Shown here one piece after another: positions 8,067 to 17,661 of a stretch of 17,702 bases of DNA. The stretch's first letter is position 1; every line of letters begins with the position of its first letter. This stretch comes from Nitrospinota bacterium (GTDB lineage: Bacteria > UBA8248), in contig JAYGFR010000295.1 of the NCBI GenBank assembly GCA_046581755.1, positions 1 to 17,702 of the forward strand, in the 5' to 3' direction. The translations under genes were made by a program, and so were the position numbers. The notes under the pieces were generated by a model, which was given only the letters and a program-made list of their open reading frames with translations, did no database searches and was not told where the DNA came from.

Positions 8067-9065
8067 ATGAAGCAGGGCCTCGTCCTCACGCCCCCCGATC
8101 CCGCCACCCTCGCCAGGTGGTCGAGCCTCGCCGAGGAGACAGGCTTCGACGCCATCTGGGTGACGGATTCCCAGTCCCTCTACCGGGAGGTGTTCGCGTC
8201 GGTGGGCGTTTGTCTTTCGAGCACACGGCAAATCCCGTGCGGCCCCTGCGTGATCAACCCCATCACGCGGCACCCGGCGGTGGCCGCGAGCGCCATCGCC
8301 ACCCTGAGCGAAATGCACGGGGAGCGAGCCGTCCTGGGCCTGGGCAGCGGGGATAGCGCCGTCCTGAACCTCGGCATGAAGCCCGTCCGGGTCGCCCGGG
8401 TGCGCGCCTATCTGATCGCGCTCCGCTCTCTCCTCGAAGAGGGCCGCGCCGAGTACGAGGGCCGGGCCTGCATCCTGAACTGGTTCAAGCGGCGCGTGCC
8501 CCTCTACCTGGCCGCCGAGGGGCCCCGGATGCTCCGCCTCGCGGGCGAGTTGGCCGACGGCGTCATCGTCGGCTCGGGCCTCGTCCCCGAGATGGTGCGA
8601 GACTCAAAGGCGCTGATCGAAGAGGGCGCGCGGGCGGCGGGCCGCCGCATCGAGGATATCGATCTGTGGTGGATGGCCAAGGTAAACGTGCACGAGGACG
8701 GGGAGCGGGCGCGCCGGGAAATCCGCGCCGGCCTGGCCGGCAGCGCCCACCATGCCTTCAACTTCACGCTGGAGGGAAAGCACGTCCCGCCCGGGATGGC
8801 CGGATCCATCCGCGAACTCCGCCGCCGCTACGTCTTCAGCGAACACGCCATGGCCGAAAAGGACGCCAACGCCGCCCTCGTGGACGAACTCGGGCTGCGC
8901 GGCTTCCTGCTCGAGCGGTTCGCCATCGCCGGAACGCCAGAGGAATGCCGCGCGCGGCTGGGCGAACTCGAAGGGATGGGCATCGAAAACATCCGCCTCA
9001 CCGCCCACGTCCCCAACCGGCCCGCCTTCATGCGCCTCTGGAGCGAGGAGGTCATGGGCCGCTAG
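8067..9065 (+). CDS. LLM-class (luciferase-like) flavin/F420-dependent oxidoreductase, Mer-like, 332 aa
   Basis: AGGAG before ATG 8067. Motifs AEETGFDAIWVTD, NPITRHPAVAASAIATL, LGLGSGD, PLYLAAEGPRMLRLAGELADG, IAGTPEEC. Confidence 0.9.
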   Translation: MKQGLVLTPPDPATLARWSSLAEETGFDAIWVTDSQSLYREVFASVGVCLSSTRQIPCGPCVINPITRHPAVAASAIATLSEMHGERAVLGLGSGDSAVLNLGMKPVRVARVRAYLIALRSLLEEGRAEYEGRACILNWFKRRVPLYLAAEGPRMLRLAGELADGVIVGSGLVPEMVRDSKALIEEGARAAGRRIEDIDLWWMAKVNVHEDGERARREIRAGLAGSAHHAFNFTLEGKHVPPGMAGSIRELRRRYVFSEHAMAEKDANAALVDELGLRGFLLERFAIAGTPEECRARLGELEGMGIENIRLTAHVPNRPAFMRLWSEEVMGR

Positions 9066-9080
9066 GCCCCCCGCACTGGC

Positions 9081-9461
9081 TTAGGCCCGCCGCACCTGGG
9101 CGAACTCGACCCGGACCCCCGCCGGATCGCGCACATAAAACCGCTCCCACTCCTCGATGGGCTGGAGGTCGGGAACGATCTCCACCCCCCCGGCACGGAG
9201 CGCCGCCTCGGCCCGCGCCAGGTCGTCCACCTCAAAGCAAACGTGCTGGCCGCGGGCCACATTTTCCGGGGTTTCCTCGAGCGAAAGGTGAAGCTCGATC
9301 CCCGCCAGATAGAAGTAGGCCCCGCCGTTTTTGCGGAGGGGCACGGGCTTGGGCGCCTCCTTCATGCCGAGAATCCCGCCGTAAAACCGCCGGCAGGCCG
9401 CCTCATCCTCCGGGCGGACGCCGATCTGCACATGGTGGATTCCGGTGATTCCGAGCTCCAT
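9081..9461 (-). CDS. VOC / glyoxalase-family protein, 126 aa
   Basis: AAGGAG 6 nt before ATG 9461. Motifs IHHVQI, RFYGGILG, ELHLS, HVCFEVDDL, RFYVRDPAGVRVEF. Confidence 0.9.
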   Translation of the reverse strand: MELGITGIHHVQIGVRPEDEAACRRFYGGILGMKEAPKPVPLRKNGGAYFYLAGIELHLSLEETPENVARGQHVCFEVDDLARAEAALRAGGVEIVPDLQPIEEWERFYVRDPAGVRVEFAQVRRA

Positions 9462-9597
9462 GGGGCTCTCCTTGAAGTTCCGCGACTTCATCCGCCCCGC
9501 ACTTTACCAAATTCCGGCGCTGTCCTTTTTCCCGGCGATCCCTTAAATATAATGGGACCGCCTGAATTTTCCTTCTTGAGATTTCCCTGAGGAGCCC

Positions 9598-10478
9598 ATG
9601 TCCCTCCGCCCGGTCCGCATCACCGCGCTTATCCTTTTCCTCCTTGCCGCGCCCGCCATCGCCGCTCCCCCTATTGCAACCCCGGGCCGCGCCGGGGCGC
9701 GGATGGCCCTCGTCCCGGCGGGATCTTTTCGCATGGGCACCTCGAAGGCGGACATCCGCCTCCTCCTGCGCTCCTGCCCGGAGTGCAAAAACGGCCGGTT
9801 CGGGGACGAGACACCCTACCGCCTCATCCAGCTCGACGCCTTCTATATCGACCGCTATCCCGTCACCGTCCGCCTCTTCGCCCGCTTTATAAAGGAGACC
9901 CGCCGCCGCACCCTGGCCGAGGAGGAGGGCTGGGGATGGGTGCTCGCGGGCGGAAAATGGCGCAAGGAGGGCGGCGCGAGCTGGCGGCTGCCCACGGGCG
10001 GGGAGGCCGCCGCCGTCCCGGACCATCCCGTCGTCCAGGTGGCCTGGCCCGACGCCGATGCCTATTGCGCCTGGGCCGGAAAGCGCCTGCCCACCGAGGC
10101 CCAGTGGGAAAAGGCCGCGCGCGGAACCGGCGGGCGCATCTTCCCCTGGGGAAACGCCTAGACGCCGGGCCGGCTCATCCATCGAGGAAACAGCGGGGGC
10201 GGCACCCACCCCGTCCGCCGCCCCTACTCCGTCCACGACAACCCCTACGGGGTCTCCGACCTTTCCGGCCATGTCTGGGAGTGGATCGCCGACTGGTACG
10301 CAGAGGACACCTACCGCAGCGCCCCGACCTGAACCCCCAGGGCCCCTACTCCGGCACCCGGCGCGTCAAGCGCGGGGGCGCCTGGAACATCGCCACCCCC
10401 CTCGCCTTCCGCGACTACCACGAACCCGAGATGCGCAACAACATCTCAGGCTTCCGGTGTGCCGCCGAAACGAGATAA
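9598..10478 (+). pseudogene. Secreted FGE-sulfatase (SUMF1-like) domain protein, interrupted by an in-frame TAG and a frameshift
   Basis: Signal peptide; GSFRMG, HPVVQVAWPDADAYCAWAGKRLPTEAQWEKAARG, FPWGN. Reading through TAG 10159-10161 gives NPYGVSDLSGHVWEWIADWY. Adding one C at 10322-10325 gives NPQGP...RVKRGGAW...GFRCA. Confidence 0.88.
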
Positions 10479-10537
10479 CCGAATTGAGAGGTAAAAAGAG
10501 AACGCGCCGGGCGGATTCACCGCCGCCCTGGCTCCCC

Positions 10538-11923
10538 CTACCCGTCCCCGCCGAGCTGCCCGGCAAGATGGCCGAAGAGGGCCTTCGCGGCCTCGTCGGT
10601 GGTCCAGCCGCGCTGAGTGGCGAGATCGAGGGCTTCGCTCACGCGGAGAAGCGAGGCGCTCATCTTTTCGGTGTCCTTGACGGATATTTCGGGGAGAAGG
10701 GGCCGCACGCCCGCGCGGAAGGCGGCCTCGCCGATGCGTCCGGCCCGGCGGGCTTCTTCGAGCTGTTTATCAATCAGCGCCTGGAGGATGTGGCGCACGG
10801 TGCGCTGGCGGCGGGTCATCTTTTTGAGGGTGGGCTGATCCATGGATTCGGCCGAGGCGCGGTTCACGTCGTCGCCCTGGGCGAACCAGTGGGAGGGGAT
10901 GCCCATCCCGCCGAGGACGAGCCCGCGCATCATCCGCGCGATGCCCTGGGAGCCCGACTCCCCGCTCTTGCGTCGGGCGATACGGCGCGCCACTCTTCTT
11001 TCTCGTTGTGGACGCGCACGCTTGAGGGCAGGGGAGCGGCCCCGTTTTCCTCGATCCACTGGGCGATGCGCTCCGGGCCCGCGCCCTTGAGCGTGACGTC
11101 GTAGATGAAACTGTTCTGCAGCCGCGAGCGCTCGGCGGTGTCGAAGATGAATCGCTCGTAGATGTCGATCCAGTCGATGGCGGCGAGAAGATCGGAGGTC
11201 CCCCGCGTGGCGTCGCTCGCCTTGTTGATCTGGAACAGGAACGCCTCGCCGTCCCCGAAGCGCTCGCGCTCGCGGATTCCGGCCGCGCCCAGGTACTCCC
11301 GCGGATCGCCCCCGAGGACGGTGCGCACACGGCGCTCTTTTTTCCCGCCCCCCAGGCCACGGTCGCCGCTCCGGATGATGACCCCGATGGGCAGGGGGCA
11401 GTTGTCCGGATCGGGCACAACCTCTTCGATCAGGCGCGGGCTCACGTAGCCGAGGCGCACCCTCCCCTCGTATTCGGAAACCGCGACGGGCAGCAAGAGT
11501 TCGCCGAAGATGCCCAGCTCCGAGACCAGCCGCTTGAAGCGCAGGGCGAGCTGGTTCACCGGGTCGCCCCAGAAGGCGCGGATGCACGCCAGCGCGTCCG
11601 GGTCCTCGGACTGCCAGGTGACGCCCTCGCCCACGACATGATCCGTCACGACCTCGATCAGGCGCTTGCCCATCAGGTTGGTGAGCCAAAGCTCGTAGGC
11701 AATGCGCTGCATCCGGGAGTGGCTGAATTTCGGGAGGCCCCCGCTTCCCTCGCCCAGGCTCCGCCAAAGGCGCTCGTCGGGATCGATCAGGGCGCCCGCG
11801 CCGCAAGGCGGCGCGCCGCCTCCGCACCCTTCGGGCCGCGCTCTTCGCCGGAGCCGCCCGGTCTCCCCTCCGCTCCGAAACTTTCTCCATACCGCCGTTT
11901 CGATCTCCTCCCGCCTTCGTCAT
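10538..11923 (-). pseudogene. Putative phage portal protein, about 460 aa, at least two frameshifts
   Basis: Directly downstream of the terminase (ATGA overlap at 11923-11920; alternative ATG 11890). Core IDPDERLWR...RMQRIAYELW...GEG...GE.L...RGTSDL...; adding one G at 10960-10963 joins GIPSHWF..GDDVNRASAESM..PT.K....RQ, a portal-like C-terminal pattern. The N-terminal shift (~11780-11890) is unresolved. Confidence 0.72.
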
Positions 11924-13465
11924 CCTCTTCCTCCTCCGCGCCCTATGCCGCGACTCGCGCGGGGGCGCATGAATGGGTCCCGGACCGGGGGGAGAACGGT
12001 CGTGCAGGCGGGCGCCGTCAGGACGCCCTCGCTCTCGGCCAGGGCCTCGGCGAGCCTGGCGTAGGCGCAGGCAAAACCGAAGTGGTTCTCTCCCCTCTCA
12101 AAAATGTCGATCTCCTCGCCGCCGGCCCGCGTGCGGCGCACCTTCCGGAGGTTCATCAGATGGGCCTCCACCTCCGACAGCAGGGCCTCTTCGGCCTCAT
12201 CGCGCGGCGCGGGCCAGCGCACCGGGCTGCCAGGCGGTCGGCCGGAGGGGCCTCGAAGTAGACCCACCGGGCGGGGCCGCCCTCCTCCGGGCGCTCTCGC
12301 ACCGCGACCGAGCAGACCTCGCCGGTGTCGATGCCGCAAAACCGGAGGGCTCCCTTTTCATCGCTCACGAGGGGATGGGCTCCATCGAATAACCCCCGGC
12401 GTCGCGCAGGAGGGCCAAAAGTGCCAGGTCGATGGGCTGGCTCTCTCCCGCGTACGGGAGGGCCAGGACCGTGCAGCGGAACTTCGCCCGCTCACTGGGC
12501 CGCCGGGCGGCGCGCCATTTGGCGCCGATGCGACCGATGTGGATGGCCCCGACAGCGAGTTGGGGGATGCGCCAGCTTCGGTGGCCCTCGAGGGCGGCTT
12601 CCCGCCGGGGGCTCCAGCGCCCCGCCGAGCGGGCCAGGCGCGCGCCGCAGCGCGGGCAGGCCAGGTACGGTTCCCCCTCCCCGGAGAACACGTCCGGCCA
12701 GTTCTCCTCGAGCGCCCATTCGCCGCCGCAGGCGATGCAGGGCACGAGCCAGACGCTGCAGTCGCCGTCCTCGTACATGGCCTGGATCCCCCCGCCCGGC
12801 GTCCGGCCCATGGCGAGGTTGAAGGTGAGCGCCACCTTCGAGGCGTCCAGCCTGTCGTTCGACCAGGCCAGGTTTTCGGGCGGCAGATCGTCCACCTCAT
12901 CGCGGATGAGCAGGTCCAGGGGAAGGGAGATGGCGTTGCCGATGTCGCGGAGGCCGAGGATGTAGAGAAACCGCGAGCCGTCTCCGCCGGGGAACTCCTT
13001 GAGCCCCTTCGAGGATGCGCCCTTGTAGCGCCCGTCGCGCATGGCGTCCGAGAGGCGGGGATTCCAAATGGCCGAGCGGATGCGGGTGTCGCCGAAGCGG
13101 TTGGCGAATTCCTGATCAGGGAGAAAATACCCCACGTTGAGCAGGTGGACATGGACGACGTACAGGACGAGGCCGACGGCCACGGTCGTCATCCCGATCT
13201 GGGTTCCCTTGAGCACGCTCACCGTCCGCCCGGGAAGGCCGAGGCGGAGAATCTCCCCCAGGTGGTCCACGGCTTGGCGAAGCGCCTCCCTGCCCTCGAA
13301 GGTGAATGGGCCCCGATCCGTCTTTATCTCCTCCTCCAGGAACTTGCGGAACGAGGGCATGGGGCGCGAAGGCCCCCTCCGCCCGCGCGCGATGCGCTCC
13401 CCCACAGGGCTTTCGCCGCCCTCCGCCTCTATCCGGCCGCGCCATCCCGGAACATTTAGAACCAT
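11920..13465 (-). pseudogene. Phage terminase large subunit, lambda GpA-like, about 515 aa, two frameshifts, short nuclease domain
   Basis: GGAGGGG before ATG 13465. GpA-type Walker A KGTQIGMTT, YFLP, Walker B LIRDEVD, CxxC...CxxC. Adding a base at 12371-12374 gives FCGIDTG (nuclease Asp); adding one at ~12222 gives AHLMNLRK...ENHFGFACAYARLA. Confidence 0.82.
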
Positions 13466-13623
13466 TTGACGCCCCCTCCGCTGGCCCGCCCGTGCCCGAT
13501 TAGGGCGCTTCCGGGTGAATGTACGGTCTTGGACCAGGATTCCGAGCGCAGGAATGCGCGTAATTTCGATGTTTAACGCCATTTTCAAAGGCTGTGGCAT
13601 GAAATCGGGCCAAAGCAGAGGAC

Positions 13624-13655
13624 GTAATACGTTTGTAATATTTCCGTGCTATGAT
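13624..13655 (+). promoter_or_regulatory. Candidate glnK promoter: extended -10 TGcTATGAT with a GTAATA direct repeat over the -35 region
   Basis: GTAATA at 13624 and 13635 (11-bp period); TG 13647-13648; TATGAT 13650-13655; AT-rich island. Confidence 0.4.
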
Positions 13656-13666
13656 TTATTTTCTAA

Positions 13667-14098
<432 letters not shown>

Positions 14099-14156
14099 GC
14101 CCGCCGAACGAAACCACCGCCTCCCTGAGCGCCGGCACCCTTGAGGAGGGGCAGAC

Positions 14157-15461
14157 GTGTCGAACAAACTTCGAAAAACCGCTGGGACCGCGCTGGCCTT
14201 TACGGCCTTGATCCTCATTCCCTCGACCGCCATGGCATCCGGAGGGAAAATCGACGGAGGGGACACGGCCTAGCTTCTGACCTCCACCGCCCTGGTCCTG
14301 TTCATGACAATTCCGGGCCTCGCCCTGTTCTACGGCGGGCTCGTGCGGACCAAGAACGTTCTCTCGGTCCTGATGCAGTGCTTTTCGATCACCTGCCTCG
14401 TCTCGATCCTCTGGCTCGTGGGCGCTTACAGCCTCGCCTTCTCGGACGGCAACGCCTTCGTCGGCGGGCTCGGCAAGATGTTCTTCAAGGGGGTAACCTT
14501 AAAATCCATACACCCGGTCGCCGGCACCATTCCGGAAACTGTCTTCGCGATGTTCCAGCTCACCTTCGCCATCATCACGCCCGCCCTTATCGTGGGCGCC
14601 TACGCCGAGCGCATGAAATTTTCGGCGATGTTCCTCTTCTCGGGCGCCTGGCTCATCCTCGTCTACGCCCCCGTCGCCCACTGGGTCTGGGGCGGCGGTT
14701 GGCTCGGAAATATGGGCGCGCTCGACTTCGCCGGCGGCACCGTCGTCCACATCAACTCGGGCGTCAGCGCCCTCGTCGTCGCCATCCTCCTCGGCAAGCG
14801 GCACGGATTTCCCGACCAGCCGCCCTCCCCGCATAACCTCACCATGAGCGTCACCGGCGCGTCCATGCTCTGGGTCGGGTGGTTCTGCTTCAACGCCGGA
14901 AGCGCCGTTGCCGCCGACAGCGCCGCGGGCATGGCCATGCTCGTCACGCAGATGTCCGCCGCCGCCGCCGCGCTCACATGGATGTTCATCGAGTGGAGCA
15001 AGTTCGGAAAGCCCAGCGCCCTCGGACTCGTCACGGGCGCCGTGGCCGGCCTCGTCGGAATCACCCCGGCATCGGGATTCGTGGGCCCGATCGGCGGCCT
15101 CGTCATCGGCATCGCCACCGGCGCCATCTGCTTTACCGCCGTGGGCATCATCAAGCAAACGCTCCGGATCGACGACTCGCTCGACGTCTTCCCGGTCCAC
15201 GGCGTGGGCGGCATGGTGGGCGCCCTCCTGGCGGGAGTCTTCGCCTCGGCGGGCCTGGGCGGCGTCGGCCTCAAGATGAGCATGGGCTCCCAGCTCGGCG
15301 TCCAGCTCATCAGCATCGTCGCCACCACGGTGTACGCCGGCGCCCTCTCGTTCCTCATCCTCAAGGTGGTGGACGCCATCGTCGGCCTGCGCGCCAGCGC
15401 CGACGACGAGGAGGTCGGCCTCGACACCAGCCAGCACAACGAGACCGGCTACTCCATTTAA
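14157..15461 (+). pseudogene. amtB: Ammonium transporter AmtB, 434 codons, in-frame TAG at codon 39
   Basis: GAGGAGG before GTG 14157; signal peptide MSNKLRKTAGTALAFTALILIPSTAMA; GDTA*LLTSTALVLFMTIPGLALFYGG where W is conserved (TAG 14271-14273); DFAGGTVVH and DDSLDVFPVHG twin His. The stop may be a sequencing error. Confidence 0.93.
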
Positions 15462-15483
15462 TTCTCCCCCGGCATCTCTGGCC

Positions 15484-15515
15484 AAGCGCCGGCCTTCGGG
15501 CCGGCGCTTTTATTT
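15484..15515 (+). terminator. Intrinsic terminator of glnK-amtB
   Basis: Perfect AAGCGCCGGCC-TTCG-GGCCGGCGCTT hairpin with a C(UUCG)G loop followed by a T-rich tail. Confidence 0.85.
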
Positions 15516-15671
15516 GCGCCGGCGAATCTCCTGTTTCCATCCATCGATCGGCGCGGACCGCCCTCCCCCGTTGGCGCAACGGGCCCGCCCGCCGTGCAAT
15601 GAAACCCTCATTCTCTCTGGGAAGATCGTCACCGGCCCGCGCGGCATCATGCGCGAGGCGAGGAGAGCGCC

Positions 15672-16355
15672 GTGGACCTGAAGCTGGAGGGCAAGTGTGC
15701 CCTCGTCACCGGATCGAGCGAGGGCATCGGCCATGCCGCGGCGGCGATTGTGGGCGACCTCAGCCGAGGTGACGACTGCGTGCGCGTCGTCGCCGATGCG
15801 GCCGAAGCCCTGGGCGGGATCGATATCCTGGTCAATAACGTGGGCCAGATTAAGCTGGCCGGAATCGAGGAGCTCACCGACGCCGACTGGCAGGCCGAGA
15901 TCGACCGCAACGTCATGAGCGCGGTCCGCTGCGCCCGCGCGGCCTGGCCCCATCTCAAAAAGAGCGGCGCAGGGCGCGTCGTCAACATCACCGGCCTCGC
16001 CGGAAAACAGGTCTACCTGCCCGGCGACATGGCCACCTCGTTGACGAAAGCCTCGCTGATCAGTTTCACCAAGACGCTGGCCCACGAGGGCGCACCGCAC
16101 GGCATCCTGGTGAACAACGTATGCCCGGGGCCCATCGATACCGAGGGGATGCCCGAGCGCATCGGCTGGATCGCCGGCCGGCTCGGCGTCAGCTACGAGC
16201 AGGCGATGCAAAACCGCGAGCAGGCCTCCCTCCTGGGCCGGCTGGGCAGGCCCGAAGAGGTGGCCGACGTTGTGGTGTTTTTATCGTCGGCGCGGGCGAG
16301 CTTCGTGACCGGGGTGACGATCGAGGTGGGCGGCGGCGCGGCCCACTACATCTAG
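15672..16355 (+). CDS. SDR-family oxidoreductase (atypical active site) with an apparent in-frame internal deletion
   Basis: AGGAG + GTG. Motifs ALVTGSSEGIG, IDILVNNVG, ILVNNVCPGPIDT, GRLGRPEEVADVVVFLSS..ASFVTG. TSLTK replaces YxxxK. Confidence 0.88.
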   Translation: MDLKLEGKCALVTGSSEGIGHAAAAIVGDLSRGDDCVRVVADAAEALGGIDILVNNVGQIKLAGIEELTDADWQAEIDRNVMSAVRCARAAWPHLKKSGAGRVVNITGLAGKQVYLPGDMATSLTKASLISFTKTLAHEGAPHGILVNNVCPGPIDTEGMPERIGWIAGRLGVSYEQAMQNREQASLLGRLGRPEEVADVVVFLSSARASFVTGVTIEVGGGAAHYI

Positions 16356-16433
16356 GCGGTCCGGGCACTTCAGGCGGGCGCTCCGGGCGGGCGGGGGTTT
16401 ACCGCTCAACATCCATCGATAAAGGAGGATCCC

Positions 16434-17519
16434 TTGAAGATCACACGCATCGAGGCGACCTGCCACCTCGTTCCCAACGATGAGCCGCTCATGGACAAGC
16501 CAATTTCCTGGGGCTTCGTTTTCGTGCGCGTCGAGACTGACGCCGGCATCACGGGCTACGGGCTGACGGGCGCCATCCAGCAGGCCGCCGTCCGGGAGCA
16601 CACCAACGCCGAACTCGCCCCGCTCATCACGGGAGACGATCCGCTCGCCCACGAGCGCGTTTGGCACAAGTGCTTCTACAGCCATAACCCCCGTTACCAT
16701 ACCGGGGCATTTTCCTCGGCCATGAGCGCGGTGGACATCGCCCTTTGGGACATCAAGGGCAAGCACTTCGGCGAGCCCGTCTGGCGCCTCCTCGGCGGGA
16801 GCGATCCGGCCGTGCCCGCCTACATCACCTTCGGCCTGGGCGGCTACACCCGCGATCAGCTCGCCATCGCCGCCCGCTCCTGGATCGACCAGGGCTACGA
16901 CAAGCTCAAGATGGTGGTCGGGGCGGACCGCGACCACATCGACATCGGCGAGGACGCCGCCCGCGTGCGCCGGGTGCGCGATGAGATCGGGGAGGGGCCC
17001 GAGCTGATGATCGACGCCAACTACAAGCTCCCCTTTCACCGGGCGCTGGAGCTTTGCAAGAAAGTCGATCCCTGCGATATCGCCTGGTTCGAGGAGCCGG
17101 TCTACGGAAACGACGCGCGCCTGCTCGCCAACCTGCGGCGGCAGACCTCGATACCCATTGCCGCCGGGCAGAACGAGGGCTCGAAGTGGCGCCACAGGGA
17201 GCTCATGGTCCACGAGGCCGTGGACATGGCCCAGCCCAACGTCGTCTACATGGGCGGCTTCACCGAGGGGGCGAAGGTGGCCGCCATGGCCCAGACTTTC
17301 AACCTACCCATCGCCAACGGCAGCGGCTGGCCCCACCTGAACGCCCACCTCCAGGCCGGGATGGACAACGGCACGCGGGTCGAGTTCCACCTGCTCATGT
17401 GGCTGACGAGCAACCAGATTTTTATCGATCCGCCCCAGCCCGAAAACGGAACCTACACCCTGCCCGATACGCCGGGCCTGGGCCTTGAGCCGAACGAGGA
17501 TGTTTTAAGAGACTGCTGA
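16434..17519 (+). CDS. Mandelate racemase / muconate lactonizing enzyme family (enolase superfamily), 361 aa
   Basis: AAAGGAGG + TTG. Motifs SAVDIALWDIKGK...PVWRLLGG, KLK, LMIDAN, WFEEP, PGLGLE. Confidence 0.92.
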   Translation: MKITRIEATCHLVPNDEPLMDKPISWGFVFVRVETDAGITGYGLTGAIQQAAVREHTNAELAPLITGDDPLAHERVWHKCFYSHNPRYHTGAFSSAMSAVDIALWDIKGKHFGEPVWRLLGGSDPAVPAYITFGLGGYTRDQLAIAARSWIDQGYDKLKMVVGADRDHIDIGEDAARVRRVRDEIGEGPELMIDANYKLPFHRALELCKKVDPCDIAWFEEPVYGNDARLLANLRRQTSIPIAAGQNEGSKWRHRELMVHEAVDMAQPNVVYMGGFTEGAKVAAMAQTFNLPIANGSGWPHLNAHLQAGMDNGTRVEFHLLMWLTSNQIFIDPPQPENGTYTLPDTPGLGLEPNEDVLRDC

Positions 17520-17661
17520 AAAAGTCCCAAAGTGAGCTTCTCCGGACCGATAAAATATCCAATAGCAGCACATTATATAGAAAAGCTTCTATTATGATAT
17601 GATTTTGGAGGGAATATCTCTTGCCGAATGCCTCCTAGAATAGTTTTTCAGCGGTCTCTTA
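17506..17661. mobile_element. MITE-like element / internally deleted IS with 18-bp terminal inverted repeats and TA flanks
   Basis: AGAGACTGCTGAAAAAGT (17508-17525) versus reverse complement of 17642-17659, AGAGACCGCTGAAAAACT: 16/18 identical. TA on both sides, AT-rich interior, no transposase. Confidence 0.72.

Noticed and set aside
10420..10465. DGR variable or template repeat at the FGE C-terminus (RNNISGFRC)
   Set aside because: FGE-fold proteins can be DGR targets, but I see no second near-identical copy and no reverse transcriptase in the window.
2393..13465. Single intact prophage with att sites
   Set aside because: No integrase, replication, capsid, lysis genes or flanking direct repeats seen; host-type genes occupy the middle.
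13595..13612. Sigma54 promoter for glnK (TGGCATGAAATCGGGC)
   Set aside because: GG-to-GC spacing is 11 rather than the required 10 on both strands.
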